This document shows, piece after piece, positions 1 through 13,900 of a stretch of DNA of 64,000 nucleotides. How positions within the stretch are numbered: position 1 is the stretch's first letter; every line of letters starts with the position of its first letter. Made by a program: the position numbers and the translations under genes. The DNA is from Lytechinus pictus (lineage: Eukaryota). The stretch lies in contig NC_087245.1 of assembly GCF_037042905.1 (NCBI RefSeq), positions 19,902,001 through 19,966,000 on the forward strand, written 5' to 3'. The notes under the pieces were generated by a model, which was not told the origin of the DNA, did no database searches, and saw nothing but the letters and a program-made list of their open reading frames with translations.

Positions 1-3000
1 GGAATAAGAGTCGACTATTTTTAATGCTTAGAAAAAATTTCCTTGATTTATACCTCGAACCAGATTTCAATTCAATGAACAAAAATACTGTGATTCCATG
101 AAATCATCGGGTATTTTTATTAATTAAAGATTAAACTTGAATGGATTATAGTTTTTAAAAGAATTTGTGGATGATTATCATTAGGTATAATCATTTATGC
201 AGACTTTCCTATCAAGATATAAAGGTCATTAAATCATATCTTCAAAGATAGTTTCCCATCTAATGCCACCTGTTTGGCAAATATACAATGATAAATCATC
301 CTTTACAAACTTCTCGGATGAAAAAAGCATTGTCTACAGTTTCAAATGGGATTTGAAAACTATTAGAAAGAACAGCAAGGTAATACAACTATTTAGCTAG
401 GGTTATTCAATTGTAGAAAGTTAGAAAAAAATCCGTTTGATTTTGATCCATTTGTGCTTGGCTTCTGTTATGGAAAGAAAATATTTAGGAAAAAATGACC
501 ACTTGCTTCGTTCGAAAACACAAAGGGAAGCATAACAAATAATTCCTGATGAAAAGACTGACCTGATTTTATCTTCAATTTTTTTTTCGTTGAAAAGAAG
601 CTTTAAAAAGTTGATGGAGTGCAACAATAATTGTATATGTTGTGTAGAAAAGTAACAATATTGTACATAATGGTAACTATCACAGCTTATTCTATCACTA
701 GCTTGAGTTTTCACTACTTCTAAAATGGCAAAAGCTAAACTAATTTAAAACCAGTTTAGCTACCACAGATACATGGCTGTATATTTGGAACTGCTGACTC
801 AAAATCAAATAGCGATGGGAAACTACTGCTAGAAAAAAAAAAGATAATTCATGCTTTAATAATACTCGAAACCGACAAGATTTTTTTAATCATTATTTAA
901 TTTGAAGTACATAAAAGCAGTTTCTTCTTTACAACAGTATCTGTTTTAGCTAAAATGAATGATATAAACTTGTACTTATAATAATTACATGTAGTTTTGT
1001 AAGATCAGTGAAAATTTTTGCTACATGATAATAAATTCTTCCATGATAATTACCGTTATTTACAATACTGTAAAAAATGATATGTACTCTAAGAACATTA
1101 AGTATGTTGGTAATGATATATCAGGAGTGAATGACCTACAAAAAATAAAAATATACATGTACACCGAAAAAGCCCTTTGAGCCCTTTTATCTATATGATA
1201 AAAAGATAACATTGTATATGAAATTCCCATTTCATAGGTGACTATCCTGTCTGCTACAATAAAGTCACCTAACGTGATGATATCATGAAAGGCCTAAGGA
1301 ATTCATCAAGCTGAGAGTTATAAGTCATAGTACATTTAATTCTGTACGCAAATTTGTGTCCATACTTGTGAAACCCAGAGGATAAAAGTGACCTACTTGT
1401 CAGAAGAGATAGTAATAAAATGATTTGAGCTTCTATGTTTTATGTCCAATTTGAAAAGGCAGTAATCAGTTGAGACGGGGTTCTCAGACCTGAAAGAGGG
1501 GCTAAACATATTCCATGTCTCATACTTATCTGCTTATACTCAACTTCTGCCAGAGTGACCTATATGTCAATGTGGATAAGTGTAAGAATCATGATTTGAG
1601 CTGTGAAAATGTGACGTTTATTCGGCAAAAGTCATGCTTGCAGGAAGTGTATCTTTCACCTCAAATTTTCAGGAACACTTGATGCTTACACTATGCATAC
1701 ACTGACCCAATCATAACCAATATCGCAAAACTGCACAAATATCCAAGAAAAAAAAATTGAATCTATACAACGATTGGCTGATGACATAAGCATTACTAAA
1801 TCAGTTACTATCTTAATATGCATGTGTAAAGTAAAGTACATTGTACACAATGCCCAGAATAAAAAAGAAATACAATGCCAAAAACAACCACCCTAAAATG
1901 AAAAAAAAAAAACTTCTCATATACTAGGCTTAGTTTAAATTAAAAAAAAATAGATTCTCATTAAAAATAACATTTTGCATTACAAGACTGGTCAGGATAA
2001 GATAATACATAAAAATATCAAATCATCTAAAGATACAAATATATAATCATGAATAAAACAAGAAACTATAGAAACAATAAATAATACAATTAACTCTGAG
2101 AAAAAGAAGACTCCCATGAACAAAGGTAATAACAAACTAATGAATATTCCACAAACTCTATGATAGAAATATTAGGTAGGTAAGAAACAGAGTATACTGT
2201 GATTTCAATGGTCAACAGTTACATAGAATATGAAAAGTGCACAAATTACTTCCATGAAATTTTGAACATCTTTGGACTTAAAAAAGTAATATACTCAAAT
2301 CAAACTTGCAAAAATATTCATGAAAAACATGTAAACAGACAAGAGAAATAATCTTCTTTAGAGCGTATTACTAAATATATAAATTGTGATTGTCTTTACT
2401 TATATCACTCCATCAATCTTACTCAAATCTGACAAACACAAAAGGCACATCTAATGAAAATGGAGACCAAGAGAATATATATTTTATAAAAAGAGTGAGA
2501 AATAAAAGTCTTTTCATTTCCATTTTCCAAAATTCTAGCATGGCATTGTAATGTTTACATTTCAAACGCAAGTTGGCTGGGAAGAAGAACTCCAAAGGAA
2601 CATCCGATATCACTGAAAGCGTGATTAAGTTTTCTTGGCGTGTGCCCTCTCAGTCCCGTCATTTCTAATAATCAGTTAAATGAACTTGTTGGAGCAAAGG
2701 AAACAAATCATGAAAATATCATTTCGGTGCATAAGAAGAGGTGAAAGGGGTGTATAAGGAGAGAAGGAAAGTGTACTGAGCAAGAATGGGAGAGAGAGAG
2801 AGAGAGGGGGGGGGGGGTGTAAAGAAAGAAAGGGATACAGAGGAGAGAGAGAAAGAGTAAATTGTCATTTATATTTTCTGATGTTATGTTTTATTTATTG
2901 TAATTATTGCATTGTAAATTTTGTTGGAAAAATGAATAAATAAATGAATAAATGAATGAAAGAAAAGGAACAATAAACAATAATAGAGATAGAGGGGGGG

Positions 3001-3989
3001 GGGGGGAGCAGGGAGACAAAGAGAAATAGAACAGGGGTAGGAGCCAAGATGATATTTAAATCATAGAGACAATATGCTTCATGAATTAACTTTATTAGAA
3101 CCAGGGCCTATATTCTCAAATTTATATCATACCCTGTGAATCTGTTCAATTGTTCCAAGTTGATATGTTGCATTTTTGACAGTATTAAGAGCTAAAGAAT
3201 TCATTTTACTACATTTCACCACATTATTAAAAGTCATGACATTGAGGAAATCCTTTCAAATATTAAAATGTGTCTCTGCACAGGCTACTTCCTTATTTCA
3301 ATGGATGTCTTTATGCAATTGTCTCTTCGTTGCCTAAAGGCACTAGTTTACATAATTATTGCATAAAGTTAAAGTCCTTCTGGTGCTAATGTCAAATAAT
3401 ACATTAATTTATATGATAAACACAAAGAATGGGGTTGTAAATCACGCCATGACATTCATTGCCAAAAATAAATCCGTTGGTCTACTGAAGCATATCTCAT
3501 GCTCAAAGCAGAAATTATTCTTCTTTTGGCGCAATTTGAAATAGGCTGACTCACACTTTCTGGGCTCAGCTAAGCATGTATATATTTCTCTGATCTACAT
3601 GGCTGCCATGCAGAAATGACATCAAAACATGCAAAAAAAAAGATGAGGTGAGCTTGAAATAGTATGTTTAAAACAGGGTGTGCATATTTTTAAGCATATA
3701 TATGTTGTACATGGGATGAAAGAATGGGGGAGGGGGTCTTTACATTTTCTTCCACCAATCCGGTAAGATTTCAAACTAACCAATCTTTTAGGGTGCTATT
3801 GGTTGAGCAATGCCTGACACATGATGTTGTGTTTAGAGGGCAGGGAATTCAGTACGCGATGTAATTTGCTGGCCAAATATTTGTGCTATGTGTTACAGGC
3901 GACTCGTCAACGCAAACGCTTACAGTGCTGGCTGGTGCTGAAATGGGATGGGAAAGTGGATACAAAACCAACACAGAGGGTTTTGTCAA

Positions 3990-4290
3990 AAGGAAAATAG
4001 AAATGGGAAAAATATGGGAGATGTGAACAGAAGGAGCAGGGAAAGTTAGGATTTATTGTGAGAGGGAGATAGAGAGGAAAGATGGATGAATAGAGGAAAG
4101 CTGGGAGGGGTGAAGCAAGGATATCAGTAGGTGAAGGGTGGGAGAGGCAAAGGGGAGGGGGTAGGCAATTGAAAGAAATAGCAAAAGCAAAAGAGGAAGA
4201 GAGAGAGAGATAGAAAGACACAGAGAGAAGGAGCAAAACACAAGAACCAGGGAGGGAGAGACAAAAAGAGAAGAAATGTGAAGTCTAAAC
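3990..4290. repeat. GA-rich polypurine low-complexity tract (others at ~2740-3050, 16060-16280, 23325-23830, 26470-26750, 55740-56540; CT-rich at ~22095-22290, 58730-58940)
   Basis: Strong purine bias with (GA)n and G runs; source of the spurious Leu/Ser/Phe/Pro-rich ORFs. Confidence 0.85.
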
Positions 4291-5434
4291 ATTAAAGCCG
4301 CCCCCTCCCAAAAGTCACCATTACTTAGCCAAAAAAAAAAAAGAATACAAAAAATCTGCTGATGGCATGTAAGGTTCGAGTGAGTCGAATGATGGAAGTT
4401 TTAAGAATCTTTGTAATAGCTATCTATAATGATATAAAGCATAAACTTGAAACATAAAGCCATTCCAAAACAAAAAACCCACAATTTAACAAATTGTTGC
4501 AATATGTGAGAAATGCACATTCAAGGATTGACTAATTCTCCCACAATGTTTTGGTGAAAACCCAAATTCACACTATGGAAGGGATAGCGATATAGTTCAC
4601 ATAACATGCTCTAAAAATGTATGTATGTGGTAAGCCACAGAATTCTACATACACCATTTCACCCGCTATCCAAGTGCTTAACGATTCATCATTATCACAC
4701 CTCAAATAGATAGAAGATTGCACTACCTTACATTATGAAACAACTTTCTTTATAAGCATTCAAGAATCAGATTTTTAAATTTGTGCAAAAGGAAAAATGA
4801 AAGAAATTGGACCATTGAGAATGAACCCATTTTCTATTTCAAGAATTTATAGTGTCATTTACAATTACATCAGTTTTATTTCATGTACACTTTTGGTAGT
4901 TGAGAGAAAACATGGATGCTTGAAAGATAATAATAGATTAGCCTTTGTACACTTTGCATAAAAGATATCTGTAAATCTAGAAATAACTGTAAATTTCATT
5001 GTAATATTATAAAATGAGCATGAATCTTCCATTTTGGTTTAAATCATTTAACAACGACAACTTAAACAGTGCTATCATACTACACCATTTTTAATACATT
5101 TTCTTGTGCACAAACCAGACCCTAATTAGTTTTACATTGATACACATGGATGCAGGCTGGAAAGAATGTAGACGATATCCTAAAAAAACAACTAATCTTA
5201 TTGATTGAATATTAGTAATCTACAATACCGAGCATCTATTACTGTTATGTTATTACGGTTTGTCATATTTTTTTCTTAATTTGCTATCAACATATAAAGG
5301 GGAATAGTAATCATCTTTTATCTTATGGGTCATTTAACTCTGTTTACTGAGCTAGAAACAAAGAAATCTGACATATCACATCAAGTTTATACTAAAATTG
5401 TAATTATTCTTTATTCTACAAATTTTCCACAGAA

Positions 5435-5910
5435 GGTGGTTTCAAACCGCCTCGATCACAAGAATCCCCGTTAAATTACGAAAACTTTTTAAGGCTGAAA
5501 AATACCCATTTATTATTCCTGCATTCACACCGCCTTGAAACATACCCTTCGGGATAAGTTCCTGAAGTTACGAGCATGTGCAGTATGGTCTGATAAGCAG
5601 CAAGGCGCGAAATTCAAAATCACTAGCCCAGCAGCAACCCATGCACGGCGCCGCACCCAACGACACGCTGGGCTAAAAGTTCCCGTAATTTGCTTTCAGA
5701 CCGCCAAAATACCCACGACCTTGGAAAAATCCCAGCGAAAGTTCTCGTAATTTCGCCAAGTACCTACTATTTATCGGGTATTTTCTTTCGGGGATATTAC
5801 GCGTAGTTTGCTTTCACACCGCCAAAATACCTGGTATTTTCTGATCGGGGTAAATTTCCCGATCAGAGAATACCTGGAACTGGCGAACTTCGAGGCGGTC
5901 TGAAACCACC
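5435..5910 (+). mobile_element. Non-autonomous DNA transposon (MITE), 476 bp, copy 1; superfamily uncertain (PIF/Harbinger-like or TA-target)
   Basis: 21-bp TIRs GGTGGTTTCAAACCGCCTCGA ... TCGAGGCGGTCTGAAACCACC (1 mismatch); internal TIR-derived repeats TTTCA(C/G)ACCGCCAAAATACC; CpGs intact; near-identical inverted copy at 42184-42659; flanks AA|...|TA. Confidence 0.93.
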
Positions 5911-6448
5911 TAGAGTGTATGAAAGCAAGAATGATAACTGTTCCCTTTCCACGTCTTTGGGATCATTATTTCTTCATAATCTAATTTGACATGTTAAGAT
6001 ATTTATTGGGCAAATGTAGTAAATTGTTCGAAAATTGAACCTTCTGGGAAAACAGTATAAACAGAAAGCAAAGAAAGTTAGTTCTCTTCAGGAGGATGAC
6101 AGGGAGGGAGGGATGGGGTTATCTTGCATAAATTTTGATTGGTCGATAATGAAATTTTACGAAGACAGTCTCTTTTTTGGATCAGACATACGCAAATCAA
6201 TAAAAGAGTAAGATGAACTGTGGAAAAATAAAATTTCAAATTCTTTGTAAAATATGACTATAAAAAGAGATAATATGGTAACTATTATACACTCATAATC
6301 AATTTTTAAATATTCAGTACTTTCAAGAGTCAATTGATACAAAAAAGGGGGAATGGGTAAAAAGCTTAAAACAGATCCTTCAAAGTAACTTTCCCCGAGT
6401 ATCTTAAGATAAGGACTTATCTTAAGATAAGGAAGGGTAAGAGGAAAA

Positions 6449-6660
6449 CATGTCACTGTGATCTTGACCTTTGACCTTCTGACCTCAAAATCAAAAGAAT
6501 TGCTGGGATCTATGCTAGTATCATACACACCAAGTTTTATGAGCCTAGGTTAAGTTAAATTGAAATTATCACGTTTACAAGGTAAAGTTAACGGATGGAC
6601 AGACAGACGGACACGGAGCGTAATACCATAGTACGTCCTGTAGGACAGGCGTATAAAAAA
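6449..6660 (+). mobile_element. 3' fragment of a Pearl/Tsp-like (Helentron-associated, HINE-type) element
   Basis: TGACCTTTGACCT core, CCAAGTTT motif, GAC(A/G) microsatellite, terminal hairpin TACGTCCTGTAGGACAGGCGTA followed by an A run; same layout as the 3' end of 46409-47622. Confidence 0.7.
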
Positions 6661-7894
6661 ATATCTAAGAGGGAGTGAGAAAGGAGGGTGGGAGAGGGGA
6701 AAAACTTTGTTCCAAACCAGTAAACTAATGAAAAGACTCTTGCTTTTGTCATATTCAATTGAACAGAACATTACCCTATTCAGATTTAATATCATCTAAG
6801 AATAAAGAGAATTTAGGCTCAAGTTAAAAAAATATAAATTTTTGTTTATGGAGTCAGAGTTAAAACCAAGGTATTAGACACCGGGGGGGGGGGGGGGGGG
6901 GGTGATGAGTCCACAGCAGTAAAAGTGCATGTTAGATCAGGGTAATGTGTCTTCACAATATTTTCCCCTTGTTGATCTTGACACAGTTGTGCACTTTCCA
7001 AGAGCCATGCTTATTTGGCCCACTATCTTTGACAAGATCTTGTCCATGTAGCATGGACAATTCACAGAAATTCAAATCAAGTTAAAAACAGAAGAGTATT
7101 ATCATAAGTTTGGAGCAAGAAAGGCATTAAACGTCTTCAAGCAAATGAGTCAATGTCCTTCTGCCATTGTGTATGATAGTGTACAAATGGAAAATCTTCC
7201 CCTCCCATGCACAGAGAATGGAATTTGAGTAGATCCATGAATCTAAGCACAAAACTATTACTCTAGCATAATGCAACTGCTAGATCATGTATTGTAATAG
7301 AAATAGAATAAAATAACTTGGCCTTATGCGGAAAACACATGAATTCTTGATATCTCTACACATACCACGGTTTATAACAATGGTATTTAAAATACATTTC
7401 CTCACTTGAGTGGGTCGTAAATGAACAGTGCTTTTGTTCTCATTGTAAGCCTGCCTTGCTCTCTTTTATAACACTCCCTTTGGTACATTATTCACTAAGG
7501 TCACTTGTCCCATTTACATACTTCATAATTCAGTAATCACTTACATAAACAATGCATATGATTATCTTACCTTGATTAAGATTGATGAATGTGTTTTGGT
7601 AATTTTAGGCATTTTTCGGTCCGGTTTTGACTTGACGACTACAAAGACCCACATAGCATGGGTTGGGCACTTAAAATGTGTGTTTATCCAAATGGAATTC
7701 CAATTTATCAAATGGATTCATCTCATATTTCATTTTTATAGATCAAATTACACTTAATCCCTTCAACTGTCAATAACTAAATTGCTTTTACACATCCTTC
7801 ACAATTTAAAAAGAAGCTTGACAGATTGTTGAAAATATGGGCATGTGGTGGGAGTATTGAATAATGCAAAGGAGGAACTGGTATGGAAGACCAA

Positions 7895-8041
7895 GTGCCC
7901 ATTTCATAAGACTTGTTATAATAAGAAATTCGCAATAACAGTAGAAATTTACCGAAATCTTTCAATCTGATTGGCTGATAGTAAATTTGTTATAGAAATT
8001 ATGCATTTGTTATTATAACAAGTCTTTATGAAACGGGACAC
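7895..8041. mobile_element. ~150-bp foldback MITE
   Basis: ~30-bp inverted arms TTTCATAAGACTTGTTATAATAA / TTATTATAACAAGTCTTTATGAAA; related copy at 32545-32694 shares ATTGGCTGATAGTAAA and the right arm. Confidence 0.8.
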
Positions 8042-8151
8042 AAGTCAGGGAGTTATTTTTTTTCCGGAGGGTTGATGGCCAATATACCACAGCCACTTTG
8101 AACAGCACCATCTTAAGATCAAAACTACTCAAATTGTTCTCTGTTCCTTCA

Positions 8152-8429
8152 GGCCTGGTCCCACTGGCCGACGGACACAAAACGTATTCATAACGGATAC
8201 AGCAGACAAGCAAAATTTCAGGGTGGCTCCATCCGTTTTCAGCCGCTCCAGACAATGGACAAAATGGGCGAACAATGAAATTACAGTGGACGGATGCTCA
8301 ATGGATACGGAGCGCATGAAGCATGTATAAACAGAGTACACAACGGATACATAACGTTTTCCAACGAATGGCAAGATTCTTTCCCGTTTTACCTCCTCTC
8401 TACATCCGTAAGTGCAGTGGGACCAAGCC
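8152..8429. mobile_element. MITE, PIF/Harbinger-like termini
   Basis: TIRs GGCCTGGTCCCACTG ... CAGTGGGACCAAGCC; internal dispersed ACGGA(T/C)AC motifs; TSD not cleanly preserved. Confidence 0.75.
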
Positions 8430-9096
8430 TTTACTCAGAATGCTACATTACACACCAAGCTTTATAATATGCTCACTATAGTAATGAACACTTTTCCATC
8501 TCTCCTTATAACTTAAAAAATAACACATGATTTTGCCAAGAAACAAAATAATAACATTATGCCTTAGGCCCAGTGTTGAATGATAAGGTAGATGTATCTT
8601 AATAGCATATATACTGCATAATCCTAGAGCACATGAACATGAAAATATTATGACAGGAGATCCTGTTTTTACAAATAATATTTTGATTGATTCTTAATAA
8701 TAAAAAATCTAAAATTCCTTTCTATTCCTATTTTTTTCTTTTTCACTTGACCCTCTTCATACTATCTCTCTCCTTATACTGCCCCCCCCCCCCTCTCCGA
8801 GGTCATCTACTAGTCACATGGGTCATCTTAGTAATGACTGGAAACTGTCCTGGTTCAGAGCAATCCATTCAGAAAGACGTGGAAAGAATTAACCTGCTAG
8901 TATGTGACACCTAGATTTGGGAATCTTTCTTCACCTTCAAACTTCTGGCTCTCCTGGTAGTGTGGGTATTCCTGTTCTGGCATTCACAAATATACATCTA
9001 TTTTCTTCTCACCTTCTGCCATTCACTGTTATTACCCCCATCTCTCTCACCCTTTATTGTTGGTGCCCCTGTCCAGATCTTCAAGCACTACTTGTA

Positions 9097-9492
9097 CCCC
9101 TTTCATAAACCCAATAAAACCTATCCTCCAATTAGCCGCCTAAGAGTAATGCGGATAATTCAATAAAAATTGCGTTCACAAACTCCGAAAATTATCCGCA
9201 TTATTTTTACGAGCGCCCGTCCTGAAAAAGGCGGATAATCGTCATGACAACTGGACATGCCCCCTCCGATGCGGTTGTGTTGGAAAAGGGTGACCTTGTG
9301 ACCGCACCATGGCAATTATCCGCATTATTTGGAAATACGTTCATAAACTCAAAATCTTGTCCCGATGCCGCTATTATGCGGATAATAGCAGCATCAGAAT
9401 AATGCGGATAACTCTTGTCCTCCTCTGATTTTACGACCAAATTATGCTGCTATTAGCCGCATAATTGGGTTTTATTGGGTTTATGAAAGGGG
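9097..9492. mobile_element. MITE, ~396 bp, flanked by TA
   Basis: Perfect 25-bp TIRs CCCCTTTCATAAACCCAATAAAACC / GGTTTTATTGGGTTTATGAAAGGGG; TA on both sides; internal repeated TTATCCGCAT/ATGCGGATAA motifs in both orientations. Confidence 0.92.
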
Positions 9493-10868
9493 TATCAGTC
9501 TATTACCAGTTGGTCCACGTTTTAGATTATCCAAAAGCATTTTCTTGTGCTAGATCCATGAATATGTCACAAATCAAAACGCAAACTCGAAGATGGTAAC
9601 TTGAGGAGAACGTTCAATCAGACTATTTCTATCTTTATCGAGTTCACCCACTGCAAATGTTTGTAATTGCGACAAGATCTTAGACACAATTTGGGTAATT
9701 AATATTCTGTCCACGGTTTGTAGTGTTTAATTTTTTGTCCTAAGTTTTTCTAATGCTGTCACTCATAACTGTTACATTTATTACCATACTATAGAGAAGA
9801 GTTTTTAAAAATTGATTGAATAACTATTAGTGGAAATTCAATGATAAGTCTACGTAAGTCTATGAGCTAAGAAGACATGCAGACCAAATAATGTAAAGCC
9901 TATTAGAAAATGGTAATAGCAAAAGTGGGAAGAGATCGTTTTAAAAAGACCACATAGACTAGGCAAAGAGGGATTCATTTTTTAATCAGACTTGAATACA
10001 TTTGCAATTGAAAGCCAATAAATTTCTATTCAAGACACTTGACTACTGGTAACTCAGAGATTTATTTCTTTTTCTATTGGGGGTTTCTATTACTCCTTGA
10101 TTTAACTTTGTGAAGCTGTAGGAAGTTAAAAAGGCAAAGCTACATCAAAGTCACATCACATCAACGTCCCTGGAGAAAAAAATGAATTTCTAGCTCCAAT
10201 CATGGATGTACTACTCTCACTAACAAGTCCAACCATGACAGAGGCAAAGGACCCCTTTCACTGGTCACCTTCACCTATCACCTCACATATAAAATATATC
10301 CCATCACTCCTTGCTGAGTATCACATGACCTGACTAGGTGTTCCCCCGCTCAACAAGTCTACATTCTTATATCCAGATCAGTATCACGCTAGAATTTCAC
10401 TTCCCATTCTACGTTGAGAGATCTTCGTGCAAAAGCCTCTCAAAAGACACTGTATTCTTTCTTTCACATGAATTCGCCAACTCAAATTTGAGACATTCAG
10501 GCTACGGACCTGGAACTTGAATTGAAAATTTATTTTAGTCTACTAAACCATTCTTGCTATAAAAACAGTTCTTATTTGATTAAGAAATCGATTCATCACA
10601 GTAGTTTTGTGCTCTAAAATATAGTTTAAAAAGATGTCAGATAGAATATAAATGTTTCAATTTGATTTTGTCTTCTAAAATAGTTTCGAAAAAAATAATC
10701 GAGAATGAAATTTGACTAGAAGAGAAAACCAGAAAGATAAGTATAGAATAAAAATGAGGTTTACTCTCCCATTTTGAAATTTTGATATATCCATTGAAAG
10801 GTTCCAGCAAGGAAAAAGTTGACATCTCAGGCAGGATTCAAAAGCAAAAGCCAACATTGTGATGCTGC

Positions 10869-10961
10869 TTAACCTGTTACAGACTGGATGATTTTGCTAT
10901 AACACATGTTTTTCATAGACTCATGCCTGCATATATCCGTGCTCAGTCTTCAATGGGTTAA
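10869..10961. mobile_element. Very short piggyBac-like MITE (coordinates include TTAA flanks)
   Basis: TTAA on both sides; imperfect TIRs CCTGTTACAGACTG / CAGTCTTCAATGGG; similar element TTAACCCATTG...CAATGGG at 39916-39995. Confidence 0.55.
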
Positions 10962-13900
10962 GTTATTCCTTGAGATTCTAATGCATCCAATTAGTTTGTA
11001 CAAGGTCTTCAAGGTACAGCAAGGGACAAGTTAAAATCAACATTTCAGGGTCTGATGGGGTGACATCATGAAACTCTTTAAACCTTTCTCTACAATGTTC
11101 TGATATATCCAATGAGTTTATACATTGTCTTCAATGTTTCAGTAAGGGATGGGTTAAAAATCAACATCTCAGGATCCAACATGCTGACATCATGAAGCAC
11201 CTTCCCCTACGCGCAGTTCCAGCAAGGGATGGGTTAACCTCCGGGGATTCGAAGGGATATTCCCCTTTTCTCTCCTCAGGGCCATGTTCCTTAGAACTGT
11301 ATCCCTAAGAACCTCCTCTTCACATCCCTGGTGAAGCCCATCATGAACTTGTTGATCATGAACCCACCGGTGCTGCAAGGGATTATTCAACGTCGTGAAA
11401 TTCAAACCATTCTCTTGCTGATAGGCTCGGCAACACAAATCGCTGGTATCATTCACCTTAAAGAAAGGAGTTATGTTTCAGCAAGGCTATACATACTACT
11501 CTTTCATTCTTGAGCTCCCCTATCCCGAGAAAATGGGCAGTGTGCTAATTAATAGATTTTCCAAAAAAAAACACAAACCTACAAGTGAGCATGGTAAGGG
11601 TGTACTGGAGCTCTACACAATTTGATAGTAGGTAAATATTATTATGATATTCAATTTTTTAAACCAAAAGTTTTTAGGCCTTATATTCAATTCGATGTCA
11701 TGCGAACAACCTTCAGATGAGGGTATAATCTTTCAATATAATATATCTATATATACCTCATAAAATTTAAATTTATGGATATTCCAAGGGTCCTGTATTA
11801 TAGAAGATTTCTCTTTGTGTTTTGTATAACTGAAATAAACTAAAAGTTTGAAGCTGAGAGAGCTCAAAAATAGAATGATTAAAAAGGTTTTTAAATCACA
11901 ATTCACATTGGTGCTACTTTGTCCCCCCCAAACCCCCCCCCCCCCGACAGTTTGAAAGAAAGTATGGAAAGCTTCGGGTGCATGAAAATCATTTGGCAGC
12001 TGAAAAAACTTTTAATCAAAACAAAGTCTACTGGAAAGTGCAGCATACAAAATATATAATAATTTTTTCATACATATCAAACTGGGTGTTTAATTTAGTG
12101 TTAACATTCTCCTTTGAAGAATGATACTCATCCACGTTTCTTTTTTCTAAGCATGTTGCCTCTACTTTACGTCTATTTCCTCATTTAGTGAAAACATATA
12201 TTACATTGATGCTGGAAGGGGCCAACATTCATTATCAGGTGGAAGGGGAAGGGGAAAGGGTGGAAGCATAAAAATTGTGATACGGAAAACAAGTCCAAAA
12301 TGAAAGTAAAATACCCTGCATAGAGTATCATATCAAAGAAAACTTTACAAATACTTTACACAATCCCAATGCACCTGGAACATGGCAAATAAAGAGAATT
12401 ATGGTTTAAATCATGAAATAACAGGTTAAGATAAAAGCACATTGATAAAATATATGATGCATATAGAGTTTAAAATAATTCCATAACATGTGCAGTTACC
12501 CCACATGCTGTCCCAGTATACGATCTACTGAGCACAGCATGTCATATGGCCTATAAGCCTTATAGTCAGTCTACAGTCGCACATAAAAATCACATTTAGA
12601 TTCTACCACAAATCTGTCATTCACAGCTAACAAACACCGCTGCATAAGCACTGGCTTTGAACGACAAAAGAAAAGAATAATTCGTTTACAGAGGGATAAC
12701 GAGATCTATGGTGGCTGGGTCCCAATGCATTGTGAGTCAGCATGTATGGAAGAGAATGGAGAAGGAATTTGATAGGAATGAGATATGAAATAGATGAACT
12801 TGCCGAACATTGTTGGCTGGATCCGATCATTACTACATGCAATGACAACATTAGGGCTAACACAAACAGGTCCAGAACTTGTATAGTCCTCGGCAGAGAA
12901 GGCCTGGTCTGGGAACGCTGAAGCCCGGTGTTTTTCCTAGTAGTATCAGGACTTGTACTAAATCCATATAATAGATCTGTAATTTTGTGTTCCTTTTGTT
13001 GTACAACCTTTGTGTGTGTCTCTCTCTATGATAATAAAAGCAGACTCGTTGTTGGTTGGCTTGTGTTGCGCTTTTGTGTGGAAATAAATAGCTATGCACA
13101 AGAGTGGAATAACTATCCAAACTGATTTTGATAGTGACATCGTATGACCCCCATCCCCCCTTTTGGTAACCAATCTTTTATTGCAGTCTTGGGATTGCGC
13201 CCTCTAAAAGAATTGGGTCAGTGCTTTGAAACGACCATACACAGGACATAGCAAGTAAGCATTGGACTCATAAAACTTACGGTTGTTTTCTTATTGAGAA
13301 AAGCCCCTTTAGGTTGCTCACTCCTACACCCCTCACTACATATGTGGGTTTATTTAGTCAGAGCAAAGTCCTCCCAAATGGGGTAAAGAACGCCATTACT
13401 ACGCCAAAATTTGGGTCAAGGATGCACTGCTTGTTTGCATGTTTATGTTAAACTAGTTTGCAGCACACATTTTGGCGATGATATGATTGCGATTCCTAAT
13501 CTCGGAAGAATTGAATTCTGGTTCATCATGATGGTAATATTTGTCAAGATTTACACCTCGTTGTCATAAGCCGTGCCAGATTTCCACCATTAACTAGGCC
13601 AGACATCTAATCCTACACACATACACAAAAGAGCACGCTCTGCTTTGCAAACGAAGGTGACCCACATTGATTAGTGCTGAACCTGGTTCATGATGGTTAT
13701 TTTGTTGAATGTGAACAGGAGAAAAGAACTGAATATTGATTATTTATGTCTGTTCATAGAACGCAACCATACCCCCAGGTATTTTGATTTCAAAGCTAAC
13801 AGTTTATTATTGTGAAAGTTCAGAAAGCAAAATGACATGGAGCCTTACTAATTGTGATCCCTAGTGAAGTTAATAGTTAGGCCTATGAATGTGGTGATAG

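Noticed and set aside
1230-1690. Probable old DNA-transposon remnant (AGTGACCTA..ATGATTTGAGCT twice, ~166 bp apart)
   Set aside because: No termini or TSD could be defined, so not called as a feature
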